64,000 nucleotides of DNA, from the IMG/VR virus record IMGVR_UViG_3300031760_003860. One strand, given 5' to 3'. The translations under genes were made by a program, and so were the position numbers. This DNA comes from an uncultured virus (IMG/VR IMGVR_UViG_3300031760_003860) (Duplodnaviria > Heunggongvirae > Uroviricota > Caudoviricetes). The notes under the pieces are model-generated. The model saw only the letters and a list, made by a program, of their open reading frames with translations, was not told the DNA's origin and did not search any database. Shown piece by piece: positions 51,765-61,770 of this stretch; the stretch's first letter is position 1, and each line of letters opens with the position of its first letter.

Positions 51765-52091
51765 GTGAAAAGAATGACAATCCATGTAAGATACCAAGGA
51801 AGAGAGAAAGAGATTGAAACTTTAGTAAATCTTAGAAACTGTTTCGATAAAGAAACGAATCCTACTGCCGCAGATTCTATGTTGCCAGTTATTTATAATC
51901 ATGATGGCGACGATTCGGTAATTGGGACGATGGACTATGTTGTAGTAGATGACAACGAAACAGTGTATATCATGAATATGCCACCATTAGACGGAATATA
52001 TGACCATGTATTTGAGAATATTGAATCTATGAGCCTTAAGATTAAACAGATTGAGGGAGCGCATGGATATCTATTTATTCTTACAGATTAA
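51765..52091 (+). CDS. Hypothetical protein
   Basis: ORF preceded by AACA-GTTAGG-TA (51731-51742). Confidence 0.6.
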   Translation: MKRMTIHVRYQGREKEIETLVNLRNCFDKETNPTAADSMLPVIYNHDGDDSVIGTMDYVVVDDNETVYIMNMPPLDGIYDHVFENIESMSLKIKQIEGAHGYLFILTD

Positions 52092-52164
52092 AATACTTAC
52101 TCCGAAGACTATAAAAAATAGTCTTCGGAGACATTATTATGAAAAATGGAAAGGATAAAATATT

Positions 52165-52695
52165 ATGGAATTAGGAAATTTGATTTTTGGAAACAGTAGA
52201 GGGGAATTTGAAATTGATAGGGATGTCTATCAGGATTTATTTGCAGAATTTTTCCGTTCGATAGGAATAGATTCATATGGTACAGTAACAAGTAAGCTTG
52301 CAAAAGTTTATCCAGAGTATATAAAAGGTTGTACTTTTGAAAATGATACATTTATAGTGCGACCATATTATTGGGGAGATGATGAAGAGATTGCATCTAT
52401 GCCAAATTTTGAGTATAAGCCAGATGAATTAAAAATATGCTGGTATAAATATATGATGCGTGATGCATATTCAAATAAAGAATTAACAGTAGATTATATA
52501 AAGGAAGTATTTGAGAATATTAGAAAGAGTCTTCCCAAATTACAGGATATCAAAATAGAAAAACCTTCAGATGAGTTGCGAAGAAAATATTTTGATTATA
52601 GGATGGAAAAGATACAAAAGAATAGTATTTATGGTGCTTTCGGATTCGGTGGTTTCCATAGAGGAGGTTTTAATAATGACGACAGAAGAAATTGA
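52165..52695 (+). CDS. Hypothetical protein
   Basis: ORF with RBS; C-terminal KNSIYG motif. Confidence 0.7.
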   Translation: MELGNLIFGNSRGEFEIDRDVYQDLFAEFFRSIGIDSYGTVTSKLAKVYPEYIKGCTFENDTFIVRPYYWGDDEEIASMPNFEYKPDELKICWYKYMMRDAYSNKELTVDYIKEVFENIRKSLPKLQDIKIEKPSDELRRKYFDYRMEKIQKNSIYGAFGFGGFHRGGFNNDDRRN

Positions 52696-52915
52696 AAAAG
52701 TTGATAAATATGTTGGAGGACTTAAGTCATCCATTGATAACATTCAGCATGTAGCTAGATTATTAAATCTTCCAGAAGAGTTAGATGAAGATGTTGATAA
52801 AATGATTGCTATACTAAAGTGTAGAGTCGAGGAAATCACTCATGCTGAAAGTAAAAAAGAATTGAAAAAACTTTTAAAATTAAAGAAAATTTTAGGAGAT
52901 GACAGTAATGAGTAG
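52676..52915 (+). CDS. Hypothetical protein
   Basis: GAGGAGG RBS before MTTEEIEK (track start 52571). Confidence 0.6.
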   Translation: MTTEEIEKVDKYVGGLKSSIDNIQHVARLLNLPEELDEDVDKMIAILKCRVEEITHAESKKELKKLLKLKKILGDDSNE

Positions 52916-53501
52916 TGCTAGGTCTTTAATAGAATCTGAAATTCTTACTGAAGGTGGCTATGCCATATTTGACCCATACACGCAAGAAGTCTATTTTGCT
53001 CCCAATAAAAAAATATTAAATAACTATATCAAAAATCCAGCAAGGAAGCATATAGATTTTATTGTAACGGAAATAAAACCCAATGAAGATATTCATGAAA
53101 CAATTCTTGGGCATCTTGGGTTCAATTATATTACTGATATTGATGGGATAGCTGTATCTCCTGAAGAAGAGGAAATGCTTTATAGTTATCCAGATGATAT
53201 AGATGAATTTGTGATGCCTTTAAAGACTTTGCATAATTACGCTTCTTATTTAAAATTAGATAAAAGTATTAGGGAGAGACTCATAGATATTACAATTCGT
53301 ATGATAGAATTTCTAAGAAAAGCCGAGTGTGAAGTGTATCCTAATAATAGTTGCGATGATTTTACGTATTTTAATAAGAGAGCTCTTATCAATCATTGTA
53401 TTGAATATCTTAATAGTGATGATATGAGAGAACAGAGACATAATAACATTACCTATATCAAACGTTTTAGATATTTTGACAAAGATAGAAAGGAGGGATA
53501 G
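52899..53501 (+). CDS. Hypothetical protein, paralog family member 1
   Basis: YAIFDPYTQEVYFA...KHIDFIV N-terminus shared with the next two genes. Confidence 0.7.
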   Translation: MTVMSSARSLIESEILTEGGYAIFDPYTQEVYFAPNKKILNNYIKNPARKHIDFIVTEIKPNEDIHETILGHLGFNYITDIDGIAVSPEEEEMLYSYPDDIDEFVMPLKTLHNYASYLKLDKSIRERLIDITIRMIEFLRKAECEVYPNNSCDDFTYFNKRALINHCIEYLNSDDMREQRHNNITYIKRFRYFDKDRKEG

Positions 53502-54024
53502 TACTATGTCTAACGATGAATGGTATATGATACTGAATAAAAAGACAGAGGATGTCTTTTATGCAGAGAACCTAGAAGATGCTACGATATTTGTGAATGA
53601 TAAAGCTCGTAAGTTCGATGATTTCATTGTCGAGAAAGTACCAAAAAAAATAATAACGAGCAGTTTAATTAATTCGATGGAAAGCCGTTCTTTAATCTGG
53701 TCTTTAGATGGTAATAGAGTGCTAGCTCCGGACGAAATAGCGGATTTTGAAAATCTCTATGACCAGATGCCGTATCTTGTTTATAAAATAAAGCATGCTG
53801 TTGAAGATTTATCTAAATTGAAATTAGAAGAAGATGTTGATATATTTGTGCGGGAAACTATGTATAAACTATATAATACATTGAATATTATATCGGACTA
53901 TGATTTCTATTGTCAAATGTGTAACGATGAAGATGATGGATATAGATGGTATGAGAATTTTAATAATGGGTATTTACTTGATACAATTATAAGGTATTAC
54001 ACAGGATGTACGGAGGGAACATGA
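53476..54024 (+). CDS. Hypothetical protein, paralog family member 2
   Basis: YMILNKKTEDVFYAE...DKARKFDDFIVEKVP. Confidence 0.7.
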   Translation: MTKIERRDSTMSNDEWYMILNKKTEDVFYAENLEDATIFVNDKARKFDDFIVEKVPKKIITSSLINSMESRSLIWSLDGNRVLAPDEIADFENLYDQMPYLVYKIKHAVEDLSKLKLEEDVDIFVRETMYKLYNTLNIISDYDFYCQMCNDEDDGYRWYENFNNGYLLDTIIRYYTGCTEGT

Positions 54025-54506
54025 GCAATTATTACGCTATTTATAATAAAACTTTAGATGAATTATATTATGCAGAAGATAAAGAAACAGCAATCGCTTT
54101 TGTACACGATAAATCACGTAATTGTAATAAATTTATTATTAAGAAAGTTCCAACAGATTTAGTTACCGGTAATGTATTAGACTATATAGCTACCCATACT
54201 GTTTCATACAGTACGGAAAGTTCTAGAGTTTTAACTTTTGACGAATATGAAGCATTTTTATATTTAGATGATTATGTATCTGATTTAGGGAAATCTTTAG
54301 ATGAAGCTTTTAGTCGCTTAATATTTCTAAAAGATAATGAATTTATTATGGATACGCTGACATCTGTTATGGATGAACTTTGTAGGGTAGCTCAGATATG
54401 TTTGTATGATACTGTTTTTGAGTTTGGTGGAGATTTGTCACTATATCTCAATGTAGATGTACTAACCACCGTTATAATAAAAAATAATAGCGGAAGACAA
54501 AAGTAG
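54006..54506 (+). CDS. Hypothetical protein, paralog family member 3
   Basis: YAIYNKTLDELYYAE...DKSRNCNKFIIKKVP. Confidence 0.7.
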   Translation: MYGGNMSNYYAIYNKTLDELYYAEDKETAIAFVHDKSRNCNKFIIKKVPTDLVTGNVLDYIATHTVSYSTESSRVLTFDEYEAFLYLDDYVSDLGKSLDEAFSRLIFLKDNEFIMDTLTSVMDELCRVAQICLYDTVFEFGGDLSLYLNVDVLTTVIIKNNSGRQK

Positions 54507-54546
54507 AGATTTCAACACTCCTATAATAAGAAAGGAGTGTTGAAAT

Positions 54547-55703
54547 ATGCCAAGACCAATAATTCGTAAAGGAGCCAAATTTGACCCAGTTGAAGTGAAA
54601 TCAATTACAAAGGTGGGTAAATTTGAACGCTCTATCGTTATTATGAATTAACTATTAGTTCATGTAAAACCTATCTAATTGCGGGGAAGTCTTGTTAAAC
54701 CATAAATACCAAACTAAGATGGTGACATACTTAGTGGCGAGGGGTAACTCCCGAGGTATGGTAAAAAGTTTATGGGTAGAGACAATCGACGCAGCGAAGT
54801 ATCTTATTTATAAGATATGAGTTCAACGACTATCGAAAGGGTATCTTAGATAAAAATATCTAGGAGAGTAACTGAGTAGAGTAGACCTCAAGTGAGGGTG
54901 AACTATTATATAGTTCTTTACGAAACGGTAGGCATGTATACACTGGTAACAGGTGTATATATGAAGATATAGTCTGTACATCTATTGAGAGATAGAGAAA
55001 TTATCGATTTAAAAATCTATATCCTTTCTAGTATGACAGGATTTTAGGCTTTGCACGGTAATGTGCGTGATTATAGTTTGAGATTTTTAAATCAATAATT
55101 TAGTTAGTCTAACGAACTAACTTAACACATTAGGATAAGCAGAAGATTGCTTTTATTAAGAGATTAGAAACAATTGTGCGTACATCTATGGAATATAAAG
55201 ATTATATCAAATATTTACGGGAGTTTATCAATATGGAAGAATGTTCTTTCTATAAGAACGTTACGAATAAGTATAGTAAGAAAATCTCCATAGAGATTCA
55301 CCATGAGCCGTTTACATTATTTGATATTTGTGATGTTATTTTATCAAAGTGGCTAAAGAAGGATTGGAATCTAGACCCTTATTTAATGGCTGAAGAGGTT
55401 ATGAAATTACATTATATGAACTTGGTTGGTTTAGTACCGTTATCAATAACAGTTCACCAATTAGTTCATGATGGAAAATTATTTGTTCCGCTACAAAATG
55501 TTAAAGGAGACTTTAATGATTTCATTAGATCATATGAAGAATTCATGAGTCCGGAATTGAAATCTAAAATCAAAGCAAAGAAGATTCTTTCTGAAGAAGT
55601 TGTTGATACATCTGTACTAGATAAGAAGTTTATTTACTTAAAAGTAGAAGGATGGGAATTACCTAGTATTGTATCTGAAGATTTGGAAGAATCTGACGAT
55701 TAG
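54547..55703 (+). CDS. HNH-like protein, spliced: exons 54547-54648 and 55134-55703
   Basis: RBS AAGGAG. Exon 1 MPRPIIRK...SIVIMN joins DKQKIAFIKRLETIVRTSMEY. Motifs IEIHHEP...LVPLSITVHQLVH. Paralog of 63040..63714. Confidence 0.8.
54649..55133 (+). mobile_element. ORF-less group I intron (dispersed family copy)
   Basis: P1 ATGAAT|TAACTATTA-GTTCAT; P/Q/R/S core; ends ACACATTAG; nearly identical to 14646-15131 outside the P5 extension. Confidence 0.93.
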
Positions 55704-55717
55704 AAAGAGGAAATATT

Positions 55718-56059
55718 ATGATAGATTTGATAACAGATATCATAAAGTGTGAAGAATCGGCAAAAGAAGATTTCTTAAAGGGATTGTATGAAAGAGCCCT
55801 TTTACTATTAAGGGAGCATTTTTATGATGTAGTAGATAATGAGGATGCTTATCTGCATAAAATAAAGTCTGAGATGGTGGAAAAAGAACAACATGTGGTC
55901 TATGATTATAATGGACAGTTATTGCAGCCGAATTTTGAATTTAGCCTAGAGGTTAAAACTGGAACTTTACATGCTTCGTTAGAAAGTTTTACACGATACG
56001 ATTTATTTTCAGATGAATCAAAAACTATTTCTTTACATGATTGGTTAAAGGAGCAATAA
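55718..56059 (+). CDS. Hypothetical protein
   Basis: ORF with RBS, followed by a hairpin. Confidence 0.7.
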   Translation: MIDLITDIIKCEESAKEDFLKGLYERALLLLREHFYDVVDNEDAYLHKIKSEMVEKEQHVVYDYNGQLLQPNFEFSLEVKTGTLHASLESFTRYDLFSDESKTISLHDWLKEQ

Positions 56060-56162
56060 ATGAGTTGTTACCTAGAAGTTATATTATAACTTCTAGGTGA
56101 CATTTGTTATTTCAAAAATACCAATGATTATATATCATTAAGATAGAAAGGAGAAATGGATT

Positions 56163-57155
56163 ATGTTTATAGATACAGGAACATCATCCAAATCAAATAC
56201 CGAGCCAATTGATTTGGTGTATATCAATGACTTTGATGATACTTATAATGAGTATGAAGAAGAGAAAGCGAGGAATGAACTAGAAAGAGAAGCACGAAAA
56301 ATTAGAAGAAGATATAGAAATATTAATGAGTATAACTACGCTCTTAATATCTTTTGTCAATATATGGCAGAGCTTTCTATATCGTATGGACAGAGGGAAT
56401 TATTTAATGCGGCATTGCGTTCTGGAGCAATAAAAGATTTTATTCCACCGTTTCCTAGATTAAAGATGACTAAGTTAAATAAGAAAATGCTTAAGAAAGG
56501 AATTAGAGATTCTATTGGAGACGGAAAGCTTATATCATCACCAGAAGATGTAGAAATGTTAATTCGTGCTTATATGGGAGATGAAGAATATATTGACCCA
56601 AATGAAACGGTTTTATATAATCCAATTCCAGTCCATAAGACGAAGATATTGGAAGAGGAGATAGATGATGTTAAAGATGAAACAGGTATGAGAAGTGATA
56701 GACGTATGTCGGAAATCGATTATTTGGAAGAATACTTTAGAGCTAAAAACATTATGAAATCTAAGAAATCATCAAAGAAGAAAAAAGAAGACGAAGAACT
56801 ATCAGGTTCAGACTGGTTCTATGGTAATTATTCTTCGGATGACGTAGAAGAAAAAGAGAATGAAGTTGTATGGTACGAGGGAAGCCTCTTAAGTGGAAAA
56901 GAAATCGAGGATGTCAAAGTTATGAGAATGCTAAAGACGCTCGGTTGGGATTCTATAAAGATGATGCGAGGAAAAACTGGTACAGTTTCATCTGTTCGAC
57001 ATATGAAAAATGTGGATAAGATGGAAAAGAAAGCAAAGAAGAAGAAAGAGAAAACAGATAATTTCTTAACAAAGGTATTGACCGATAACTCATTCGATTC
57101 TTTTGAAGACTTCGAAGATGCTATGTTAGATTTTACGTTTGGAGGTGATAGTTGA
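56163..57155 (+). CDS. Hypothetical protein
   Basis: 330-aa ORF with RBS and upstream TATATCAT motif. Confidence 0.75.
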   Translation: MFIDTGTSSKSNTEPIDLVYINDFDDTYNEYEEEKARNELEREARKIRRRYRNINEYNYALNIFCQYMAELSISYGQRELFNAALRSGAIKDFIPPFPRLKMTKLNKKMLKKGIRDSIGDGKLISSPEDVEMLIRAYMGDEEYIDPNETVLYNPIPVHKTKILEEEIDDVKDETGMRSDRRMSEIDYLEEYFRAKNIMKSKKSSKKKKEDEELSGSDWFYGNYSSDDVEEKENEVVWYEGSLLSGKEIEDVKVMRMLKTLGWDSIKMMRGKTGTVSSVRHMKNVDKMEKKAKKKKEKTDNFLTKVLTDNSFDSFEDFEDAMLDFTFGGDS

Positions 57156-58927
57156 TGTTGAAAACTAAAGTTTTAAGATGCCGAATAAATGAAGTCTTTA
57201 CAAATGATATGTTAAAAGCAATTCATCAGGTAACTGATGACCCTACTATTCCAGACAATAATTCTAAGATAGATATTATTAATGAGCTATTAACGAGATT
57301 TGAAATTGACTATGTTCCGATTGGACCTGGTACAAATCGTTATGCTATTTTGATTGATGGTATTGTATTTAAGATAGCATTAGATGACTGGGGAATGAGA
57401 GATAATCTAAATGAATTTGCTATGTCTAGAGAACTTCAACCTTATGTAATTAAGGTATATGAAGTAAATTCATTAGGAACCATAATGACTTGTCAGTATG
57501 TGACTGTAATAGACAAAGACGAATACCTAAAACAGAAAGAAGCCATCTTATCAATCTTAGAAGATTTATCTCAATCATATCTTTTAGGTGATGTCGGTTA
57601 TGTTAGTAAGAACTTCTTGAACTGGGGTTATACTGACGAAGGTGATTTAGTAATTCTTGACTTTGCTTATATCTATAAAGTAATTGCTCATGAATTACTT
57701 TGTAATAATAAAGATTGTATTTCTCATCCATATCTTGAGTACAATTCAACTTATACGGAATTGCATTGCCCAGAGTGTAGAAAGAAATATACATTTATGG
57801 ATATCCGTAGAAGATATAATAAGAAAGACGAAGAGGACTTAATTCGTTTAACGAAAGAGTTATCTTATAAGACTCAAGGAAAGACATACGATATCGAAGT
57901 GGATGTTAATGAAGAAAAGAAACCATTTGAAGTTATCATTGATGATGAAGATGATGAAAATGCACTTTCTAATTTAACATATGAAGAACTTAATAGTAAT
58001 AATAAAGAACTTCGTAATATTGATATCGGTGTAGAGAAATCAATGGAAGTGATTAATTCTTTTGTAGTACAAAAGGATGAAAATATATTTGACCCAGATG
58101 TTTTAACTAAGCTAGAAGAAAGAAGGAAAAATAAGGAGGATACTACTATGAGTTATTTTATGGAACATTTAGCTGAATTACAGAGCGGAAAGAAGAAAAA
58201 AGAAGAAGACTTTTCTTTTTATCCAACAGCGAAACCAGTGGTAGAAGAAATAGAGGAAGAGAAACAGGAAGATCCAGTTGATGCATATACAGCTATGTTA
58301 AATGGCTTTAATAATTCTCAGCCTCAGAAGAAACCTAATTATCAGGCAACTGAAAAGATACAAGAAAATAAGCCGAGAAATAACAATCAGCAGAACAAGA
58401 AGAAATTCAACGAGAAACCTGTGAGAAATGTTAATCCATCTCCTAAGCAGGAAGCGAAAGTGGAAGAAAAGAAGCAGACTCCAAAGAGAGTAATTCCTAC
58501 TAGAAATCCAGAAGAAGTAGTCAATGTCAATATCCAGGAGCGAGAACCAGTTGTAGACGAAAAGGTTGAAGAAGTTAAGCTGGTTGAAAATGTTGAAGTG
58601 ACACCAGTTACACAACAGGAAGCTGAAGAACACTTTGATAATATTATTGAAGAATTACAGGCAGATGAAAATGCATATTCTGTTAAAGTTCCAGATGAAG
58701 AAAATCCTTTAGATGAAACAAAGGAAGTAAAGGGAGGTGAAACCGTGACAGATTCTCAGAAAGAAGTTTTAGCTGCGTTGAATGCTCCTCAGCAGACAAC
58801 AATGTCAAATGAGGAAGACAAGGCGGTAATTAAAAATGACGATGCTAAACCATCATTCTCATTTACACCAGCTCCAAGTAAGGAATCAGATATTGAAGCG
58901 TTAATCAACAGTCAGAAAAGAGGTTAA
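57152..58927 (+). CDS. Protein-kinase-like N-terminal domain, Zn ribbon and long disordered acidic tail
   Basis: IGPGTNR (Gly loop), VFKIA (Lys), DNLNE (alphaC Glu), GDV....NWG (catalytic loop), VILDFAY (DFG-like); CNNKDC...CPEC. Confidence 0.65.
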   Translation: MMLKTKVLRCRINEVFTNDMLKAIHQVTDDPTIPDNNSKIDIINELLTRFEIDYVPIGPGTNRYAILIDGIVFKIALDDWGMRDNLNEFAMSRELQPYVIKVYEVNSLGTIMTCQYVTVIDKDEYLKQKEAILSILEDLSQSYLLGDVGYVSKNFLNWGYTDEGDLVILDFAYIYKVIAHELLCNNKDCISHPYLEYNSTYTELHCPECRKKYTFMDIRRRYNKKDEEDLIRLTKELSYKTQGKTYDIEVDVNEEKKPFEVIIDDEDDENALSNLTYEELNSNNKELRNIDIGVEKSMEVINSFVVQKDENIFDPDVLTKLEERRKNKEDTTMSYFMEHLAELQSGKKKKEEDFSFYPTAKPVVEEIEEEKQEDPVDAYTAMLNGFNNSQPQKKPNYQATEKIQENKPRNNNQQNKKKFNEKPVRNVNPSPKQEAKVEEKKQTPKRVIPTRNPEEVVNVNIQEREPVVDEKVEEVKLVENVEVTPVTQQEAEEHFDNIIEELQADENAYSVKVPDEENPLDETKEVKGGETVTDSQKEVLAALNAPQQTTMSNEEDKAVIKNDDAKPSFSFTPAPSKESDIEALINSQKRG

Positions 58928-58929
58928 AT

Positions 58930-59601
58930 ATGATACTTTATCTTGACACAAAAAAGTTGTGCAAGTTTCTGGCAGATAAAAATCCGAGAGACTACTATTT
59001 TGTAGTTATCTCGGATTTAGTTTCGACTGACCAGAAATATGATAATATAAGTTACTTGTCCAATTTAGTTCCAACGCCATCTGCGTTAAGAAAGTTCTAT
59101 ACAAATGGAATAACAGATGAATACCGTGGAGCGTATCTTTCTATGGTTAGTAAACCAGATAACATTACGAGTTTAGCGATTATTGTTAATGCTGCCATCA
59201 ATCGTAATTTGAATCTTATACTAGTAAATGCTCCAAGAGAGAAGAATCTATGTTATATGGAATTATTGGCTGATTTTATTGAGAGTTCTTTTAAGCTTCC
59301 AGTATATAATTGGAAGGACTATAAGAAAGACAAGAAAATAGCTTATATGGAGTATACGGAAGAACAGAAGAAAATTGCTAATGTAGTATTAAAGAAGTTA
59401 TGTAAGACTCTGAAGGAGAAAGAGGAAAAAAATATTGATGTTATCTTACACCCTGAGAATTACATGAAAATGCTGCAGAAGTTAAAGAAGAAAGAATTAA
59501 GAAATATCTGTACTGTTCAGCATATTCCTTTATGGGGAAAAGAGCATAAGGACAAAGACAAGATGATTCTTAAAATTATGAAGAGAATTAGCATTTGCTA
59601 A
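58930..59601 (+). CDS. Hypothetical protein
   Basis: Coupled 223-aa ORF. Confidence 0.7.
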   Translation: MILYLDTKKLCKFLADKNPRDYYFVVISDLVSTDQKYDNISYLSNLVPTPSALRKFYTNGITDEYRGAYLSMVSKPDNITSLAIIVNAAINRNLNLILVNAPREKNLCYMELLADFIESSFKLPVYNWKDYKKDKKIAYMEYTEEQKKIANVVLKKLCKTLKEKEEKNIDVILHPENYMKMLQKLKKKELRNICTVQHIPLWGKEHKDKDKMILKIMKRISIC

Positions 59602-59631
59602 TTCTCTTCTTTTTACTTAGGAGGAATTAAG

Positions 59632-60324
59632 TTGAATAATATTAAATTATTTGTGATTGAAGAAACAACATGTCCTATATGTGGGGCTAAAATTGACAGA
59701 GAACCATTTTCAGAGCCAGGAGTTTCAGAGTTCTGGTGTGATGATTGTAGTGTCAAAACTACATTTGTTGATAGAAATGTGAATTTAGTGTTAAATAATA
59801 AATCAGATTTATTCAATATAGAGACTATAAATGCTCTTAGAATTGGACATTGTAAACCTTGTAGTGTACGACTTTTTGTTCAAGAAAATCTGGAAGCTAT
59901 GGAAGAGATTAGAAAACAATTAGAGTTTGATGATTCTATGAAGATGAATTTTTCAGTCCATTGTCAAATAAGAGACGATATTCCTAATTATGTGATTATT
60001 AGAAAAAGATTTGCTAGAGAACTTGTAAAATTTTACGAAGAGATTTTTTCTAATGTAGAAAATAAGAAACTTAAAAGATATAGATTTAAAACAAAATCAG
60101 TTGATGATTTTAGACCATTGATAGATATGAGTTCTATAAACATGCCTTGGTGGTCCACAGGAGAGTCTGGTGACGGCAAATATGCTACAATAGTATGCTA
60201 CCTACCTCCAGAAGAAGATTTGATGAAATACTGGGACGACGCGTATGATATTGATGTTGAAGACGTTGAAGAAATTAAATACAGTAGTAGATTTCCAAAA
60301 CCAGATTGGGTGAAAGGAGAATAA
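59632..60324 (+). CDS. Zn-ribbon-containing hypothetical protein
   Basis: CPICG...GVSEFWCDDC; RBS AGGAGG. Confidence 0.7.
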   Translation: MNNIKLFVIEETTCPICGAKIDREPFSEPGVSEFWCDDCSVKTTFVDRNVNLVLNNKSDLFNIETINALRIGHCKPCSVRLFVQENLEAMEEIRKQLEFDDSMKMNFSVHCQIRDDIPNYVIIRKRFARELVKFYEEIFSNVENKKLKRYRFKTKSVDDFRPLIDMSSINMPWWSTGESGDGKYATIVCYLPPEEDLMKYWDDAYDIDVEDVEEIKYSSRFPKPDWVKGE

Positions 60325-60327
60325 CTG

Positions 60328-60750
60328 ATGAATAATAAATTATTTGAAACAAAAAAGAGTATATGTCCTAAATGTGGAAAAGAACTTATTAGATTAGAGC
60401 CGTATTCAACTAAAGGCGTATCAGAGTTCTGGTGTGATGATTGCAATATTAAAATTACAATTGACGATAAGAATAGAGATGAATTAAATACAGAGTTGAG
60501 TTCGGCAGATTTGCTTGAACCATCAACAATGAAATTAGAAGAAACTAAATTTTCTACCAAAGACCTTTTTCCCAAAGCAGTTAAAAACTATGCAAATCAA
60601 GACAGTAATTTGAAAGTCCAGTATAATGTAGGAGATGCCGATGCGGATAATGTAATTATCAGCGAGAGTTTTGCTAAAAAGATATTTGCTGATGAGCATC
60701 CTATTGATGCCGTGAAAGAAGTAATCGATAACAAAACCCAAGCGATGTAG
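60328..60750 (+). CDS. Zn-ribbon-containing hypothetical protein
   Basis: CPKCG...GVSEFWCDDC, the same module as the upstream gene. Confidence 0.7.
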   Translation: MNNKLFETKKSICPKCGKELIRLEPYSTKGVSEFWCDDCNIKITIDDKNRDELNTELSSADLLEPSTMKLEETKFSTKDLFPKAVKNYANQDSNLKVQYNVGDADADNVIISESFAKKIFADEHPIDAVKEVIDNKTQAM

Positions 60751-61001
60751 AATTGTGAAATGAATGAGCCTTATATGGCGTCCAGTAAGTCTGACAATAT
60801 GAGTGTCGCCAAGGTTACTGTTGATGAATTTTTATCTCTGATTCCGGGTCGTCATGCTTAAGTGACTTCTGAAATAGAAAAAAGTACTCAAGAAGCGTTA
60901 TCTTCAAAATGGGGTTATGAAGAGCAGAAGATTCAGATGAAAGATAACTACAATTAAAACAGAATGATAATACGATAAATTATTCATAGGAGAAAATAGA
61001 A

Positions 61002-61760
61002 ATGGGTAAATTATATGAAAGGTCATTCTATACTAATACAGGCATTGAAAGTCTCATAAATACTCCAATTATCGAATATGATATCAAGAGTGGCGGTTTC
61101 AATGTCTGTAAGTTTTTTAAGTTATTACCAGAAAAGAAAATAGAGAAATTAGAATCTTTAGGAAAGAAAGACAGACAGATTCAGTTAGGATTGTATCAAA
61201 AGAAGCAAAAAGGTCTTTCGAAACAAATGGAAGAAGGCTTTAAAAAATGTCGTGAAATATTTTTTAAAGCTAACGATTTAGCAAACGAAGATGTCATTTC
61301 TATTAAGAGAGATGCGTTATTTGTAACAAAGCCATGCTATAAATGTGAGTTTGAGAATATTCTATTTAGAGAAAAGAATATTTACTCTTCGTATTACTAT
61401 ATAGATGGGAAAGAATTATACTACAACAAAGATAGACTTGATGTGAAAGGAATTGATGATATTAAATTACTCAAGCATAAGGATTATATGTTATCATTTC
61501 TTAGTAATATATTCCGATGTATTGAAGAAGGTTCGTATGACTATGCTAGAAAAACATTAAGAGAATTTTCTGATTATTATAGGCATAGAGCTTTGGATAT
61601 AGAATACTATAGAGAATTCAATAGTGATTCGTTATTTATGACGGATATAGAATTTATGGGGGATTATATGGGTCTTCATGATACAGGAGATATTTCTATA
61701 GTTAATATCAACTATAACTATACACATATAATCGTTCCATTGATATCAATTCTATCATAA
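61002..61760 (+). CDS. Divergent family-B DNA-polymerase-like palm protein
   Basis: IIEYDIKSGG (motif A-like), ISIKRDALF (motif C-like), LDVKGI. Confidence 0.55.
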   Translation: MGKLYERSFYTNTGIESLINTPIIEYDIKSGGFNVCKFFKLLPEKKIEKLESLGKKDRQIQLGLYQKKQKGLSKQMEEGFKKCREIFFKANDLANEDVISIKRDALFVTKPCYKCEFENILFREKNIYSSYYYIDGKELYYNKDRLDVKGIDDIKLLKHKDYMLSFLSNIFRCIEEGSYDYARKTLREFSDYYRHRALDIEYYREFNSDSLFMTDIEFMGDYMGLHDTGDISIVNINYNYTHIIVPLISILS

Positions 61761-61770
61761 GGAGGAATTT

